Shown: positions 8,619 to 16,776, counted from the first letter of the stretch. The stretch is 64,000 bases of DNA from an uncultured Methanosarcinales archaeon (GCA_964452935.1 CAYVNO010000004.1:5519-69518); one strand, 5' to 3'. Made by a program: numbers and translations. The notes: generated by a model from the letters alone, not told the origin.

Positions 8619-9713
8619 TTACTCAAACTTAGCTATAAATTCTGGAGAAGGTGCTTGTGATTCTGCGAAAGTAACTTTTCTTAGGTAGCCATTTGAGGGG
8701 TGTTTAACAAAATCTGGTTCAGATTTACATGCGGAGTAGAAATCTTGTCTTTTTACAATGTCTCTAACTACTGCTAGGAATGTTCCTGAGAGATATGATG
8801 TTTGTCTTTTATTAGGCATTGATTCCATTCCAAATCCTGGGTCTCCGTGAAAGTATTTCCAAACTCCTTCTTCAATTAAGTCATATGATCTTCCTTCTGC
8901 TTCTGCTCTCCTTAAATAATTAGAAACCCTATCAGCTAGTTCTTCATCTTGTTCTGTTAGGCTTGAGATTCTTTCTTGTTCTAGTTTATCTCTTTGTCTT
9001 TGTTGATATTCTTCTAGTTTACCAGATAAATGGCTACCCATAGTATTATAACTCCATAATATCCATCCATCAAATTCATTCAAATCTTGACCATCTCCTC
9101 TGCCTTCAATGTTTTCTGTTAGTCCCCTGTAAATTGTTCTTCTTTCATCCTTGTCTAGGTCAGATACAAAATCATTATGAGCAGGCTCATAGAGAATTTT
9201 ACATAGTTTATCTATAAGTTTTAAAGAAGCAGAGAAATTAATAAAGGTTGTTTTTGTATGATGCTCTCCTTCCTCTTCTTCATCTTCTTGTGGGGATATG
9301 TCTAATAAACCCCAATTGTATAATTGGATCATTACTGCGTATTTTTTTGCTGTTTCTGGGTCAACTTCATCTAGTTCTGGAAAATGTTTTGTTAAGAATG
9401 TTTGATCTCCCTCAACAAAGTCTGTTATTTCTTGTTTATCATAAGGATAAGTAGTACGATATGCTAAATCTTCAATTACTGGAGCAAGACCTTCAACACC
9501 TGGTGAGTCTAAGATATCATAAATACCAGGATGTGTTCTTGCTTTTTCTCCCAAAACTGGTTCTCCATCTACGGATTTTGTTTTGCCCATAATTTCACAA
9601 TAGATTTTATCAACTATGTCAAAGTTTTCTAGTAAGAATCCATATATTGTTTCTAAGGTTTCTGTATTTGTCATTGAAGAAGGGAATAGAATATCTTTTT
9701 TAAAGTTTGCCAA
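8619..9713 (-). CDS. Lys-poor acidic orphan protein P2 (about 351-364 aa)
   Basis: Clean ORF with an EDEEEEGEHH acidic run. The start is TTG 9713 (track) or, more likely, ATG 9674, about 45 nt downstream of the TTATAAAT box at 9719-9726. Confidence 0.6.
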   Translation of the reverse strand: MANFKKDILFPSSMTNTETLETIYGFLLENFDIVDKIYCEIMGKTKSVDGEPVLGEKARTHPGIYDILDSPGVEGLAPVIEDLAYRTTYPYDKQEITDFVEGDQTFLTKHFPELDEVDPETAKKYAVMIQLYNWGLLDISPQEDEEEEGEHHTKTTFINFSASLKLIDKLCKILYEPAHNDFVSDLDKDERRTIYRGLTENIEGRGDGQDLNEFDGWILWSYNTMGSHLSGKLEEYQQRQRDKLEQERISSLTEQDEELADRVSNYLRRAEAEGRSYDLIEEGVWKYFHGDPGFGMESMPNKRQTSYLSGTFLAVVRDIVKRQDFYSACKSEPDFVKHPSNGYLRKVTFAESQAPSPEFIAKFE

Positions 9714-9741
9714 ATGAGTTTATAAATGTTGTAACTTACTG

Positions 9742-9858
9742 CAACACTACTGCGCTCCGTGTCTTGGTTAAATACAACATTGTCAGTAACTTTTAGCTTA
9801 AGTTATGGTGTTATAAACGGACTTCGCTTGGCAGTGGCGTTATTGGAGTTGCTCATAA
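9742..9858. ncRNA. Structured repeat element, copy C1 (candidate small RNA or cis-RNA; strand unresolved)
   Basis: Closing helix 9742-9752 / 9830-9840 (11 positions, 1 mismatch, 1 G-U). Conserved blocks are TGCGCTCCGT, CAGTAACTTTTAGC and CGGACTTCGCTTGG, followed by the 21-nt tail GTTATTGGAGTTGCTCATAAC (9838-9858). Confidence 0.55.
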
Positions 9859-9971
9859 CACTGCGACGCTCCGTTCTCGTATATCATTCTTCCTTATCAG
9901 TAATTTTAGCGACGTTTGATGAACATTTAGAAGACTTCGCTGGGTGGCAGTGTTATTGGAGTTGCTCATAA
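9854..9971. ncRNA. Structured repeat element, copy C2 (tandem to C1)
   Basis: Perfect 10-bp closing helix 9854-9863 / 9946-9955. Same blocks (TGCGACGCTCCGT, CAGTAATTTTAGC, GACTTCGCTGGG) and an identical 21-nt tail at 9951-9971. Confidence 0.55.
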
Positions 9972-11333
9972 CTCTTTCAGTTCTTGGACTAATTTCAGAA
10001 CAGCAGTTTTTGCATCTTCGAATAACATAAGTGTGTTATCATAATCAAATAATTCATTCTTTATTCCTGCGAAGCCTGGGCTTAGACTTCGTTTAATCAT
10101 TAAAACTGTTTTTGCTTTATGTGCGTTTAAGATTGGCATTCCGTAGATTGGTGAGGATTCTTCTTTTGTTGCTGCTGGATTTACCACATCGTTTGCTCCG
10201 ATTATTATAACAACATCTGTGTTTTGGAATTCTGAGTTAATGGAATCTAAGTCTTTCAGTTGTTCATAAGGAACATTTGCTTCTGCTAGTAAAACATTCA
10301 TATGACCTGGCATTCTTCCAGCGACTGGGTGAATTGCGTATGAAACTTTTATTTTCTTCTTTTGTAATAAATCTGCTAGATCTCTCACAGCATATTGTGC
10401 TTGTGCAACTGCCATCCCGTAGCCTGGAACAAAGATTACTGATGATGAGTTATCTAGGATTAAAGCTGCTTCATCTGGGGATGTTTCTTTTATATTTGTG
10501 TATTCTGAGTCATCTTTTTTAGTTTCTTTTTGTCCGAATCCACCGAATAAAACATTAACTAAAGATCTGTTCATTGCTTTGCACATTATTCTTGTTAGGA
10601 TAATTCCTGAAGCGCCAACTAATGCTCCGCTTATTATTAGTACTGGGTTTTTCAGTACAAAACCTGCAGCTGCAGCTGCTAATCCTGAATAGGAATTTAA
10701 CAAGGAAATAACAACAGGCATGTCTGCTCCTCCGATTGGAGTTACTAAAAGTATTCCTAGAATTAATGTTACTGCGATTAGTAACCACAATAATAGAATG
10801 TTATTTGTTAAGACTAGGTAAACTGCTAAGGTTATTACTCCAATAAATAAGATTATATTTAGAATATTATTTCCTTTGAATAGGATAGGTCTGCTGTTGA
10901 TTAATCCTTGTAATTTTAAGAAAGCAATTATACTTCCTGTGAATGTAACTGCACCAATGATTACGCTAATAATTGTTGTTGTTAGGTCTCCTGTTGTTAA
11001 AATAGGATTTCTTAAGAAATATGATGATGCAACTAGTACTGATGCTCCCCCACCCATTCCGTTAAAGACAGCAACCATCTGAGGCATAGCTGTCATCTTT
11101 ACTTTTTGAGAGATTATAGCTCCAATTAAACCACCGATAATAAAACCTGCGATTATGTATGGGAATCCTATTGTTTCCATATTAACTATTGTTATAGTTA
11201 CTGCTATTAGCATAGCGATTGCTGATAGAAAGTTTCCTCTTCTTGCTGTTCTTACATGAGTCAGTTGTTTAATTGCAAAGATAAATAGTACTGCTGCAAA
11301 TAAATACACTGAGTTTGTGATTAGTTCATTCAT
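9966..11333 (-). CDS. pntB: NAD(P) transhydrogenase subunit beta
   Basis: Multi-TM N-terminal half and a soluble C-terminal dIII domain (AIHPVAGRMPGHMNVLLAEANVPY, GANDVVNP). Confidence 0.9.
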   Translation of the reverse strand: MNELITNSVYLFAAVLFIFAIKQLTHVRTARRGNFLSAIAMLIAVTITIVNMETIGFPYIIAGFIIGGLIGAIISQKVKMTAMPQMVAVFNGMGGGASVLVASSYFLRNPILTTGDLTTTIISVIIGAVTFTGSIIAFLKLQGLINSRPILFKGNNILNIILFIGVITLAVYLVLTNNILLLWLLIAVTLILGILLVTPIGGADMPVVISLLNSYSGLAAAAAGFVLKNPVLIISGALVGASGIILTRIMCKAMNRSLVNVLFGGFGQKETKKDDSEYTNIKETSPDEAALILDNSSSVIFVPGYGMAVAQAQYAVRDLADLLQKKKIKVSYAIHPVAGRMPGHMNVLLAEANVPYEQLKDLDSINSEFQNTDVVIIIGANDVVNPAATKEESSPIYGMPILNAHKAKTVLMIKRSLSPGFAGIKNELFDYDNTLMLFEDAKTAVLKLVQELKEL

Positions 11334-11611
11334 TTTTTCCTCTTGAACATTTTTAACATTCTATCTGTGACCATGTAACCGCCAGCAACATTAATTGTTG
11401 CCATTATTATTGCAAACATTCCTAGAATATTTGCTAAATTTGGTGATGAATCTGGAATACATAATAAAGCTCCGACAATTATTATGCCTGAGATTGCGTT
11501 TGTACCTGACATAAGTGGTGTGTGTAAAGTAGGAGGTACTTTTGTGATTATTTCAAATCCTACAAAGATTGCTAGTACGAATAATGCGAATAACGCAAAT
11601 AATGAAATCAT
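11330..11611 (-). CDS. pntA: NAD(P) transhydrogenase alpha subunit, membrane part (split PntA2)
   Basis: 93 aa with 3 TM helices. Sits between the alpha-1 and beta genes with 4-nt overlaps on both sides. Confidence 0.85.
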   Translation of the reverse strand: MISLFALFALFVLAIFVGFEIITKVPPTLHTPLMSGTNAISGIIIVGALLCIPDSSPNLANILGMFAIIMATINVAGGYMVTDRMLKMFKRKK

Positions 11612-12675
11612 TCTTTAACCTCTGATTTTGTTATAACTTCATCATCTTTGTTATTGATAAATTCTGTTAAGAAGTTAAGAATATTTTTAGAGTACATCTC
11701 TGTTGAGTGAATTGCTACAGTAGCAGGAATATTTGCTTCTCCGATTATTGTTACTCCGTGTTTTGTTATTGTTTTGTTTAATTTGCTAACTGCACAGTTT
11801 CCTCCTGCTTCTACTGCCATATCTACAATAACAGAACCATTCTTCATAGTCATAACCATATCTTCTGTTATTAAGACAGGAGCTCTTCTTCCGGGGATTA
11901 ATGCAGTAGTTATTACAACATCTGCTTGTTTAATTCTTTTTTTAACTTCTTCTGCTTGTTTTCTTAAAAATTCTTTTGAAGGACCTTTTGCGTAGCCGTT
12001 TTTGTCTTCTGTGTTGTCTTCAAATTCTACTTCTATAAACTTAGCACCTAGACTTTCTACCTGTTCTTTAACTGCTGGCCTTATATCTGATGCTTCAACT
12101 TGTGCACCTAATCTTCTTGCTGTTGCGATTGCTTGTAAACCTGCAACACCTGCTCCGAGAATAACGACTTTTGCTGGATGTATTGTTCCAGCAGCAGTCA
12201 TTAATAATGGAAATAGTTTTGGTAAAGCGTTAGCAGCCATGATTACTGCTTTGTATCCTGCAATATTACTTTGAGAGGTTAATGAATCCATTTTTTGTGC
12301 TCTTGATATTCTTGGGATTAAATTCATTGAGTAAAGTTTGATTTTATTTTTTGATGCTAGTTTTATTATATCTGATTCTGTTTGCGGAATTAAAGATGAT
12401 ATGAATGTTGCACCTTTTTTTGCTGAGTTTAGCTCTCGTTTAGTTGGCGGATTTACTTTTACAATAATATCTGCCCTTGAGAAGACTGTCTTTAAATTTT
12501 TAGAAACTTTTGCACCTGCTAGTTGGTATTCTTGGTTAGAATGTTGTGAGAGCTCTCCGGCCCCATCTTCAATGAACACCTTTAGTTTGAGCTCTGTTAT
12601 TTTCTTAACAGTTTCAGGTGTAGCAGCCACCCTTGTTTCATTCTTCTTTGTTTCTTTTGGGATTAGGATGTTCAC
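11608..12675 (-). CDS. pntA: NAD(P) transhydrogenase alpha subunit, soluble dI part (alanine-dehydrogenase-like)
   Basis: Rossmann motif VVILGAGVAGLQAIATARRLGA and operon context with the other pnt genes. Confidence 0.9.
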   Translation of the reverse strand: MNILIPKETKKNETRVAATPETVKKITELKLKVFIEDGAGELSQHSNQEYQLAGAKVSKNLKTVFSRADIIVKVNPPTKRELNSAKKGATFISSLIPQTESDIIKLASKNKIKLYSMNLIPRISRAQKMDSLTSQSNIAGYKAVIMAANALPKLFPLLMTAAGTIHPAKVVILGAGVAGLQAIATARRLGAQVEASDIRPAVKEQVESLGAKFIEVEFEDNTEDKNGYAKGPSKEFLRKQAEEVKKRIKQADVVITTALIPGRRAPVLITEDMVMTMKNGSVIVDMAVEAGGNCAVSKLNKTITKHGVTIIGEANIPATVAIHSTEMYSKNILNFLTEFINNKDDEVITKSEVKE

Positions 12676-13460
12676 TTAATCTCACATCCTCCAGAAGGAA
12701 GAATTCTTATGATTTCATCTAATGTGCCTGTTTTGAACTTTGCTTTTACTTTCTTTGCAATGTCTGAAGGTTTTGTTTTGCCTTGGATTATTGTAAAAAA
12801 CTCTTTTGTGTGTTTTTTTATTGAATTAATTGGGGCAGACATAAGTGTATCTTTGTATGGACCAATTCCTAGTTTCATATCAATTGGAGTTACATAGTTT
12901 GTCTTGCCTCTAATCATAAAAGCTCCTTTTGCCATGAATTCTCCAGAGTTTGCTTGTTTAGAAACCTGATCTGGTTTTACGTAGAAAACTGCTAATGTTA
13001 ATAATCCTGATTTCCAAGCTCTTGAGTAACAAGCAGTTGCGTTAGCTGTTTCTTCTATTGTTGCTTTGCCTGGCTTTTTTCCTTTTGTTTTTACAACAAA
13101 GAATGGAGAACCTGCCATGTCTGTGTGAAAAACTAAATCATCTTTATCAGTGTGTTTTTTTATGACAATTTCGTTAGTTGTTGCGTCTCTGCCACCAATT
13201 ACTAAGAAACCTTCAGAGCTTATGAACCATCTGAACTTTTCATACCATTCGGTTTTTCTTTTCTTTCTTATCTGTTTTACCTGTTCCTTCTTTTCTTCGA
13301 TCTCTTTTGAGTGAGTGTGTTTGACTTTTTCTAGCTTTTTCTTGTATAAATCTACTGCTTCTTTTGCTCCTTCTGACTTTTTCTTTGCTTTTTTAGCCTT
13401 TTCAAAGTATATGGCAGCGTTTTCTTCTACAGTTTTATTGAAATTTAGAGATATTTCCAT
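12672..13460 (-). CDS. NFACT-R (DUF814) domain protein, short Rqc2/NFACT-related
   Basis: Coiled-coil N-terminus followed by WFISSEGFLVIGGRDATTNEIVIKKHTDKDDLVFHTDMAGSPFFVVK, the DUF814 pattern. Confidence 0.7.
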   Translation of the reverse strand: MEISLNFNKTVEENAAIYFEKAKKAKKKSEGAKEAVDLYKKKLEKVKHTHSKEIEEKKEQVKQIRKKRKTEWYEKFRWFISSEGFLVIGGRDATTNEIVIKKHTDKDDLVFHTDMAGSPFFVVKTKGKKPGKATIEETANATACYSRAWKSGLLTLAVFYVKPDQVSKQANSGEFMAKGAFMIRGKTNYVTPIDMKLGIGPYKDTLMSAPINSIKKHTKEFFTIIQGKTKPSDIAKKVKAKFKTGTLDEIIRILPSGGCEIK

Positions 13461-13514
13461 GTTTTATATAGAAAGAGAGGTTGTTTTAATAGTTTTTGAT
13501 ATACTTACATTTTC

Positions 13515-13529
13515 GAAAGATTTATATAT
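13515..13529 (+). promoter_or_regulatory. BRE/TATA promoter, recurrent consensus GAAAGATTTATATAT
   Basis: The identical 15-mer recurs at 33569-33583 and 35291-35305, with a 1-mismatch copy at 25993-26007. Each lies 21-80 nt upstream of a plus-strand start codon. Confidence 0.7.
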
Positions 13530-13530
13530 T

Positions 13531-13550
13531 ATTACGTAATATTACGTAAT
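13531..13550. promoter_or_regulatory. Tandem palindromic operator candidate (ATTACGTAAT x2)
   Basis: ATTACGTAATATTACGTAAT lies between the TATA box and the ATG of the AbrB-domain gene at 13552. Confidence 0.5.
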
Positions 13551-13551
13551 A

Positions 13552-14331
13552 ATGGAAATAATAAGCAAAATAAGCAAAGGGAGTAAGATGGACCAGATAT
13601 ATATCCCAAAGAATAGGGTTGGACTAAGTACTGGTAGTTATGTAGTTGTTAAACCTTTGCAGAAGAAGAAAAAGTTCACTAGAAAACCATTTTTTTATAA
13701 TTTAAAGTATTTGGAACCGTTGAAATTAAAGTTTGTGAATGAAATTTTTGATGTCTTAAGTGATTATAAATATAGAAATATAATAATAACTGGTTCTTTC
13801 TTGGATAAAGGATTTAATTTTAATGATATTGATGTTTTATTGATTACTAATGATGAAGTTAGTGGTGTTGAGAGGATTTTAGAGAAAAGGATTGGAGTTA
13901 ATGTCCATATAACAGTTATTGATAATAAAAGTTTGATTAAAGGGTTAAATACTGATCCTTTGTACCAGATGATGTTGAGTAGGTGTGTTTCAATAAGAAG
14001 GTTTGTCTATAGAATAAAGAATGAGCTAAATTATAAAATATTAGATTTACATCTGTTGAAAAGTAAATTATTGATAGAAAGTTTTGATCATTTAACTGGC
14101 AGAGAGAAGTATGAGATGTTGAGGAATATGATTTCTATTGCATTGTTTATTGAGGGAAAAACTGTAAGTAAAAAGAGTATAGATTTAATAATAAATAAAT
14201 TATTCGGAAAAAATACGGATAAAGATATAAAAAATAACATAATTGACGACAAAAGAAGATTTCTAAGAAGATACAGTAGATTTTATAAAAGATTAGAAAA
14301 TACTATTTTGAATGGTACAAAACAGAAATAA
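13552..14331 (+). CDS. AbrB/SpoVT-like N-terminal domain fused to a minimal nucleotidyltransferase (MNT-like) domain
   Basis: QIYIPKNRVGLSTGSYVVVKP is a swapped-hairpin AbrB pattern. IIITGSFLDKGFNFNDIDVLLI is the GS...DxD NTase motif. Confidence 0.6.
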   Translation: MEIISKISKGSKMDQIYIPKNRVGLSTGSYVVVKPLQKKKKFTRKPFFYNLKYLEPLKLKFVNEIFDVLSDYKYRNIIITGSFLDKGFNFNDIDVLLITNDEVSGVERILEKRIGVNVHITVIDNKSLIKGLNTDPLYQMMLSRCVSIRRFVYRIKNELNYKILDLHLLKSKLLIESFDHLTGREKYEMLRNMISIALFIEGKTVSKKSIDLIINKLFGKNTDKDIKNNIIDDKRRFLRRYSRFYKRLENTILNGTKQK

Positions 14332-14653
14332 GTTAATTGATTTATTTATCGGAAATATTTCGAATGCAATAGTTCATGAGATTCTTAGTAAGGCTATTGA
14401 TGATGAAAATATAAGGAATCATTACAGCAAAGAGTTAAAGAATAGTTTTGATAAAGCAAATGAGTATAGGAGTAAAATTAATCCTGTTAATAATGTGCTT
14501 CCTGACAAAGATTTAGAATATATTAAGAATAAGATTACAAGGAAGGTTAATTCAGAGTTAGGATTAAGGATTTCTAAAGGTTATGAGAATATTGATTTAG
14601 GATTAGTTAATATTGAAGTAGAGAAAGTATTGAAAGAGATGAAGATAATTTAG
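14312..14653 (+). CDS. Helical hypothetical protein, possible partner of the NTase gene
   Basis: 113 aa; overlaps the upstream gene by 20 nt. No motif recognised (no clear RxxxxH HEPN motif). Confidence 0.4.
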   Translation: MVQNRNKLIDLFIGNISNAIVHEILSKAIDDENIRNHYSKELKNSFDKANEYRSKINPVNNVLPDKDLEYIKNKITRKVNSELGLRISKGYENIDLGLVNIEVEKVLKEMKII

Positions 14654-15105
14654 CTACAAACAGGCAGTCCTTCTATAATCAAACCTTTATCAATAGAACA
14701 TTGTGTTGTTTCTTCGCCTTCTATCATAACAGGTATTAGTTTGACTTTTTCTAGCTCCCCTACAAAGTCAGGGTATTCGAAAGATACTCTTTTTGTTTCA
14801 AGGATTCCCACTGGTTCGCTAATATCCATATTGTATATATCATCGCTGCCTTGAACTGTTGCTTTGAATCCTGAGAGTTCTGCATCTTTACCGTTTTCCA
14901 CAACAATTACCACATAATGTTCAGTAGGACTATAACAAACATCTGGTTGTTCGTTGGCTAGTGCTACATTGATATGTACATCCCCACATTCTCCTAGACT
15001 GCCGCCATAAGTTAATACCACTGCACCTATAGCTACTGCGAATGCTATAAGAAGTACTGTAGCGATTAATGGAGATACTGCTGATTTTGATTTTATGAGT
15101 TTCAT
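14650..15105 (-). CDS. Archaeal type IV pilin-like protein (class III signal peptide, DUF1628-like)
   Basis: N-terminus MKLIKSKSAVSPLIATVLLIAFAVAIGAVVL matches the archaeal pilin/archaellin pattern. Confidence 0.7.
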   Translation of the reverse strand: MKLIKSKSAVSPLIATVLLIAFAVAIGAVVLTYGGSLGECGDVHINVALANEQPDVCYSPTEHYVVIVVENGKDAELSGFKATVQGSDDIYNMDISEPVGILETKRVSFEYPDFVGELEKVKLIPVMIEGEETTQCSIDKGLIIEGLPVCS

Positions 15106-15150
15106 ATTGTGATTTAGGAGATTGGTGATATATAAATCTTGCTAATTTGA

Positions 15151-15489
15151 TTAATACTTAAACCTTTTTTCGTAATCCTTATGAGAAAACCATTCAAGAA
15201 TAATACTCATTATTGTAACTTCATCACTTTCTATCATATAGATAATTCTCCAAGCGTTTGGTAAATCATATTTCCACAAATTTGTGATACTATATTTCTT
15301 TTTGTATTCTTTTGGCCATAATTTCTTTTGAATCTTTGTCCCACATGTTGGATCTTTCTTGAGATCATTAATTGCCCTGTCTATAAAGGAGTACAGTTGT
15401 TTGTCTTCAAATTTTCCAGATTTAAGTAATCCGAACTGTTTTTTCAATTTTTGAGAGATGAATCCCACTTGCATACTCTTTTTATTCAT
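15151..15489 (-). CDS. RelE/ParE-superfamily toxin-like protein (paralog of 49464..49841)
   Basis: NLWKYDLPNAWRIIYMIESDEVTIMSIILEWFSHKDYEKRF has the RelE-like WR..Y and HKDY pattern. Overlaps the upstream small gene by 4 nt. Confidence 0.65.
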   Translation of the reverse strand: MNKKSMQVGFISQKLKKQFGLLKSGKFEDKQLYSFIDRAINDLKKDPTCGTKIQKKLWPKEYKKKYSITNLWKYDLPNAWRIIYMIESDEVTIMSIILEWFSHKDYEKRFKY

Positions 15490-15752
15490 TCTACAACTAA
15501 TCCCTCAGAAATTAATTTCCTTATTCTTTTTGGATTGTATGTCCAAATAACACAACCGTCTTCATCAATTATCAATTTTCCGGATTGTTCTAAATAATCC
15601 AATATTACTTGAAAAGTTTGATACATCATTTTTCTTGGTAATTTCTTCCAGAGTTGATATTTACCGCACTCCTGGCTATATTTCTGGATAGTTTTTTCTA
15701 CCATAATCACAGAATCTAGTGTTGGGCTGTGTAATATTGTTGTTTGTGCCAT
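15486..15752 (-). CDS. Antitoxin-like wHTH protein (paralog of 49841..50113)
   Basis: 88 aa. Collinear similarity to 49841..50113 (HSPTLDSVIMVEKTI / HYPSLKTVLMVEETL; ILDYLEQSGKLI / ILKYLEDSGKIM). Confidence 0.6.
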   Translation of the reverse strand: MAQTTILHSPTLDSVIMVEKTIQKYSQECGKYQLWKKLPRKMMYQTFQVILDYLEQSGKLIIDEDGCVIWTYNPKRIRKLISEGLVVE

Positions 15753-15781
15753 CTTATATATAGTTATATAAGAACTTATAT
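15753..15781. promoter_or_regulatory. Operator candidate with CTTATATA half-sites
   Basis: CTTATATAtagTTATATAAGAACTTATAT lies immediately upstream of the antitoxin start. The same ACTTATATA core is repeated upstream of the paralogous module (50125-50162). Confidence 0.5.
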
Positions 15782-15840
15782 TTAAATATTTCGCTTATTT
15801 TGTCATATTCCAAATATTTAAAAAGAATTAGTGTAAAGTA

Positions 15841-16770
15841 ATGGTAATGGTACAGAAAAAGCCTTATATTGGTGGACAGGCAGTTATTGAGGGAGTGATG
15901 ATGAAGTCTCCTAACTATATCTCTACTGCTGTAAGAAAGCCTAGTAAGAAAATTAAGACAAAGACTGAAAAAAGTGTTTCTTTGACTGTTAGGAGTAAAT
16001 TACTAGGGCTTCCATTTATCAGGGGTGTTGTTTCTTTGTTTGAGATGTTAATTATTGGGTTTAAGACTTTAACTTATTCTGCAAATGAAGCGTTGGAAGA
16101 AGAGGAAGAGGAGTTAGGAAAGGTAGGAATGTTTTTGACTATTATGTCTGCAGTATTATTTGGTTTGGGTTTGTTTGTTGTTTTGCCTTATGTACTAACT
16201 GTCTTAGTTGGAGTTATAGAAGAATCGAATGCGTTATTGTTTAATTTTATCGATGGGATGATTAAGTTAGTTATATTTATTATTTATTTGATTGTGATTT
16301 CATTTATGCATGATATTAAACGAGTTTTTCAGTATCATGGGGCAGAACATAAGACAGTGAATTGTTATGAAGCAGGAGAAAAGTTGATTGTTAAGAATGT
16401 AAAAAAATATTCCGCATTACACCCAAGATGTGGAACTAGTTTTATTTTGATTGTTATTTTGATAGGTGTTGTTGTTCTTTCTTTTGTTCCCATATTTATG
16501 CAGTTTATTTTCTCAGGAGTTATGGATTGGCATTGGGCTTTGAAGAGATTGATACTTTTATTTGGAAGAATATTATTTTTGTTACCAATTGCTGGGATTG
16601 CTTATGAGTTTCTAAGATTGAGTGCGAGATTTAGGGATTCAAAAGTAATGGAGTTCTGTATGAGTCCTGGTTTGTTAGCACAGAGATTAACGACAAGAGA
16701 ACCTTCTACAGATCAGATTGAAGTAGCTATTGCTGCTTTGAAAGAGGTTTGTAAGAAAGAGAAAATCTAA
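15841..16770 (+). CDS. DUF1385-family membrane protein
   Basis: IGGQAVIEGVMMK and YHGAEHK signature motifs plus several TM helices. Confidence 0.8.
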   Translation: MVMVQKKPYIGGQAVIEGVMMKSPNYISTAVRKPSKKIKTKTEKSVSLTVRSKLLGLPFIRGVVSLFEMLIIGFKTLTYSANEALEEEEEELGKVGMFLTIMSAVLFGLGLFVVLPYVLTVLVGVIEESNALLFNFIDGMIKLVIFIIYLIVISFMHDIKRVFQYHGAEHKTVNCYEAGEKLIVKNVKKYSALHPRCGTSFILIVILIGVVVLSFVPIFMQFIFSGVMDWHWALKRLILLFGRILFLLPIAGIAYEFLRLSARFRDSKVMEFCMSPGLLAQRLTTREPSTDQIEVAIAALKEVCKKEKI

Positions 16771-16776
16771 TTTAAT

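Noticed and set aside
9759-9971. 70-aa ORF in the track spanning both copies of the repeat element
   Set aside because: It reads straight through two copies of a noncoding repeat. It has a GTG start, no ribosome-binding site and a Leu/Ser/Val-rich nonsense-like composition, so the repeat structure explains the sequence better than coding does.
9742-9971. Diversity-generating retroelement (TR/VR pair) or retron ncRNA, both of which I recall being reported in DPANN-type genomes
   Set aside because: No reverse transcriptase gene is present in the window. The repeats are noncoding rather than at the 3' end of a target gene, and the differences between copies are not adenine-specific.
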